Assembly (NCBI GenBank): GCA_040437565.1
Contig: JBDOQK010000004.1
Span: forward strand, 620,001-684,000
DNA from: Albugo candida
Lineage: Eukaryota
DNA: 64,000 nt
Direction: 5' to 3'
The translations under genes were made by a program, and so were the position numbers. Position 1 is the stretch's first letter. Every line of letters starts with the position of its first letter. Under the pieces are notes generated by a model. The model saw nothing but the letters and a program-made list of their open reading frames with translations, did not search any database and was not told the origin of the DNA. Shown here in pieces: positions 62,011-64,000 of this stretch.

Positions 62011-62049
62011 AGTCAATTAGTCAATTAGTCAATTAGTCAATTAGTCAAT
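62011..62049. repeat. Minisatellite (AGTCAATT) x ~4.9
   Basis: The sequence agtcaatt agtcaatt agtcaatt agtcaatt agtcaat is read directly. Confidence 0.95.
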
Positions 62050-62944
62050 GGCCACAGTAAAATTCCTCTCTTCTGCAGACAACAAGATGAAAAAAAAACA
62101 ATTCGGTCAGTGAGTGAACAAGCCGCTGACTACGTACTATGTAGAGCGGCAAATGTTTAACATTGTCAGTTGCTTCGATAGGTACTTCCTTAGTATTAGT
62201 GCAAGATATGGCACTCTCGCATCGGCTTTTGCAATATGTACCAACTGATCAAAGTTGGCGAGATTATTCTTGGAAGCACAAAATTCGCGATACTTGTAGG
62301 CGAATGTGCATATATATAACTACAATCTTGCTGAGAATCTGACCTCATTTTGCTAGACGCTGAATATCAATCTAATTGACGGTATTGGTGTCGTCTTTTA
62401 CGTACTGAACACAGTGTTCCATACAAACAGCGGTGACTGTAGCCGTAGATCTTAGTTACATTGTAGTACCTTGCTTTTCTCTATCGCACTTCGATGATAA
62501 TTTGAGTTGACTACGCAAAAGTGGCGTTTGGTCTCCAGAATCGAATATACCATAGAAAGAGCATAGAAACGTAAGTAAACGAGGACCGGAGCTAACGTGA
62601 AATCTTTTATGCTGATCTGCGATCTTCCTTGCGTTCAGCTCACAAACTTACTTGCTCTTTGCAGCTTAGATAAATGACTAAGCAGACGATTGTGTGCGAC
62701 TGACTCTGGTGCCAATGAATAGCTGAAGGAGTTGAATGAACCTATACGACAAAACAGCAGCTGGTGTCCATTGCTGTAAGTCTATTCAGTGTAGACTTTT
62801 GATAGTTGCGGTGCAACGCTTCGATAGTGTATAATTGAAGGATGTTGTTATGAGAAAAGATCAAGTTGATATATTACTCTTTTGACAGATAAAATATCGT
62901 TAATCTGGTGGGAATGATGGTAATGGTCGATAAGAAGACGATTA

Positions 62945-64000
62945 TCACTTTTTCAATCTGACTCCTTTGCCATATGCAACATTACAAAACTTTGATGGAA
63001 TTTTATGCTTTGTTTCCAGATATGTCACAAACTCCTGTGCCATCTGACCGGAAACCATCACTTCTGCGCGATTAGCATGCGCGGGATTGGTTGTGACTGT
63101 CGCATTGCATCCCCACATTCTGCGCACTTCTTTAGCACATTCACTTATATCGACTTGATAACTTTCCAGATTTGCCACAGTTGTTGCGATCGAGTTTTTG
63201 ATTTTCTTCGCACATATCTCAATTTTAATCATTTCTCCACGGCTTATCTTTTCTGATCCTGAAGGAAGCTTGATGCGATGATATTTTACGCAATGTTTGC
63301 TGTTTGGCGCAAATAAGAGGCTGATGATATCTTTTCGAGGTAACTTGACAGGATATTTTTCCATCAAAGCTAGCTTTTTCGGATACAGTATGTCGATCAG
63401 ATTACCATCTAATCGCACGAATGATTTGTTCCTAGCATCATCGAGGCCAGCTTTTTGTGCATACTGCCAAAGAAGAATTCGTACATCGTGAGCGGTAAAG
63501 TAGGCCGTGGTTTTTGACTCGTGTTGCAGCTCCTCTGGACCAATCAGTCTGTATAAATCTGGAGAAAGACGATACAATTCTTCTACCACTGGAGCCTTTT
63601 GAGTTTGATCATTTGCAAGAGTTGAAGCTTGGTGTTCTGCCTCGCTTTCCATGAAATAGGATTTGTGGGAGACTACATGGCTGAAAAAATACGGAGTTTG
63701 ATCGGTTATACAACGTAAGCAAGAAATGTTTACGTACGGGTGGCGCCGATCAACAGCTGTAACAGACTGGATCCCATCTTTCTCTTCGATCTCTATCACT
63801 CCCTCAGTTGCCATATGTCTTAGAAATACGGATACTTGTTTGTACGAGCTCCGCTTTATCTCTAAGACATGCCCAGCTCGACGACAGGGCAACAAAATGC
63901 TAGCGAAGAAGATATTTGTCAGCATTGGGAGCTGTTTCTGCTTGACAGCTCCAACTTTAATAGCCTGAAAAAAGCTCTCATCAATCCATTTATCAATCAA
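62945..64000 (-). CDS. EIF2D: 3' part of eukaryotic translation initiation factor 2D (ligatin): WH, SWIB and SUI1 domains; probable in-frame 57-nt intron at 63681-63737
   Basis: LEIKRSSYKQVSVFL, SWIB-like VRILLWQYA...FVRLDGNLIDIL, SUI1-like ATTVANLESYQVD...EVMVSGQ; the 5' end lies beyond the window. Confidence 0.85.
   Translation of the reverse strand: MIDKWIDESFFQAIKVGAVKQKQLPMLTNIFFASILLPCRRAGHVLEIKRSSYKQVSVFLRHMATEGVIEIEEKDGIQSVTAVDRRHPYVNISCLRCITDQTPYFFSHVVSHKSYFMESEAEHQASTLANDQTQKAPVVEELYRLSPDLYRLIGPEELQHESKTTAYFTAHDVRILLWQYAQKAGLDDARNKSFVRLDGNLIDILYPKKLALMEKYPVKLPRKDIISLLFAPNSKHCVKYHRIKLPSGSEKISRGEMIKIEICAKKIKNSIATTVANLESYQVDISECAKEVRRMWGCNATVTTNPAHANRAEVMVSGQMAQEFVTYLETKHKIPSKFCNVAYGKGVRLKK

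Noticed and set aside
62011-62049. CRISPR array or telomeric repeat
   Set aside because: No spacers, eukaryotic context, and the unit does not resemble TTTAGGG/TTAGGG.

Overview
Eukaryotic, gene-dense genomic scaffold, most likely from an oomycete. Very short introns (~50-75 nt), tiny intergenic spacers and a GPCR-kinase fusion point to an Albugo-like genome, but that is inference only. About 17 distinct protein-coding genes are supported: a LamG-domain protein (partial), a PH-fused FIG4/SAC phosphatase, a MINDY-type deubiquitinase, APC11, a 7TM-TKL kinase-DEP protein, exportin-4, PIMT, MCM9, an M48 peptidase, an MTG1/RbgA GTPase, a PX-like/RING-H2 protein, an MFS transporter, an EF-hand/NPHP1-like protein, a tandem two-repeat CNBD K+ channel, NOL10, a class I-like PI3K with two PH domains, a DUF4211-like/MDM2-type RING protein, a Stealth-family phosphotransferase and eIF2D (partial). 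Seven 100-N gaps are each flanked by direct overlaps of 41 bp to 2.6 kb, so the apparent tandem gene duplicates are probably unmerged contig ends. No rRNA, tRNA, CRISPR or intact transposon was recognised. The most notable observations are several unusual domain fusions, a 17-bp in-frame micro-inversion between two copies of one exon, and a GC-AG intron. All domain calls come from motif recognition by eye, not from database searches.
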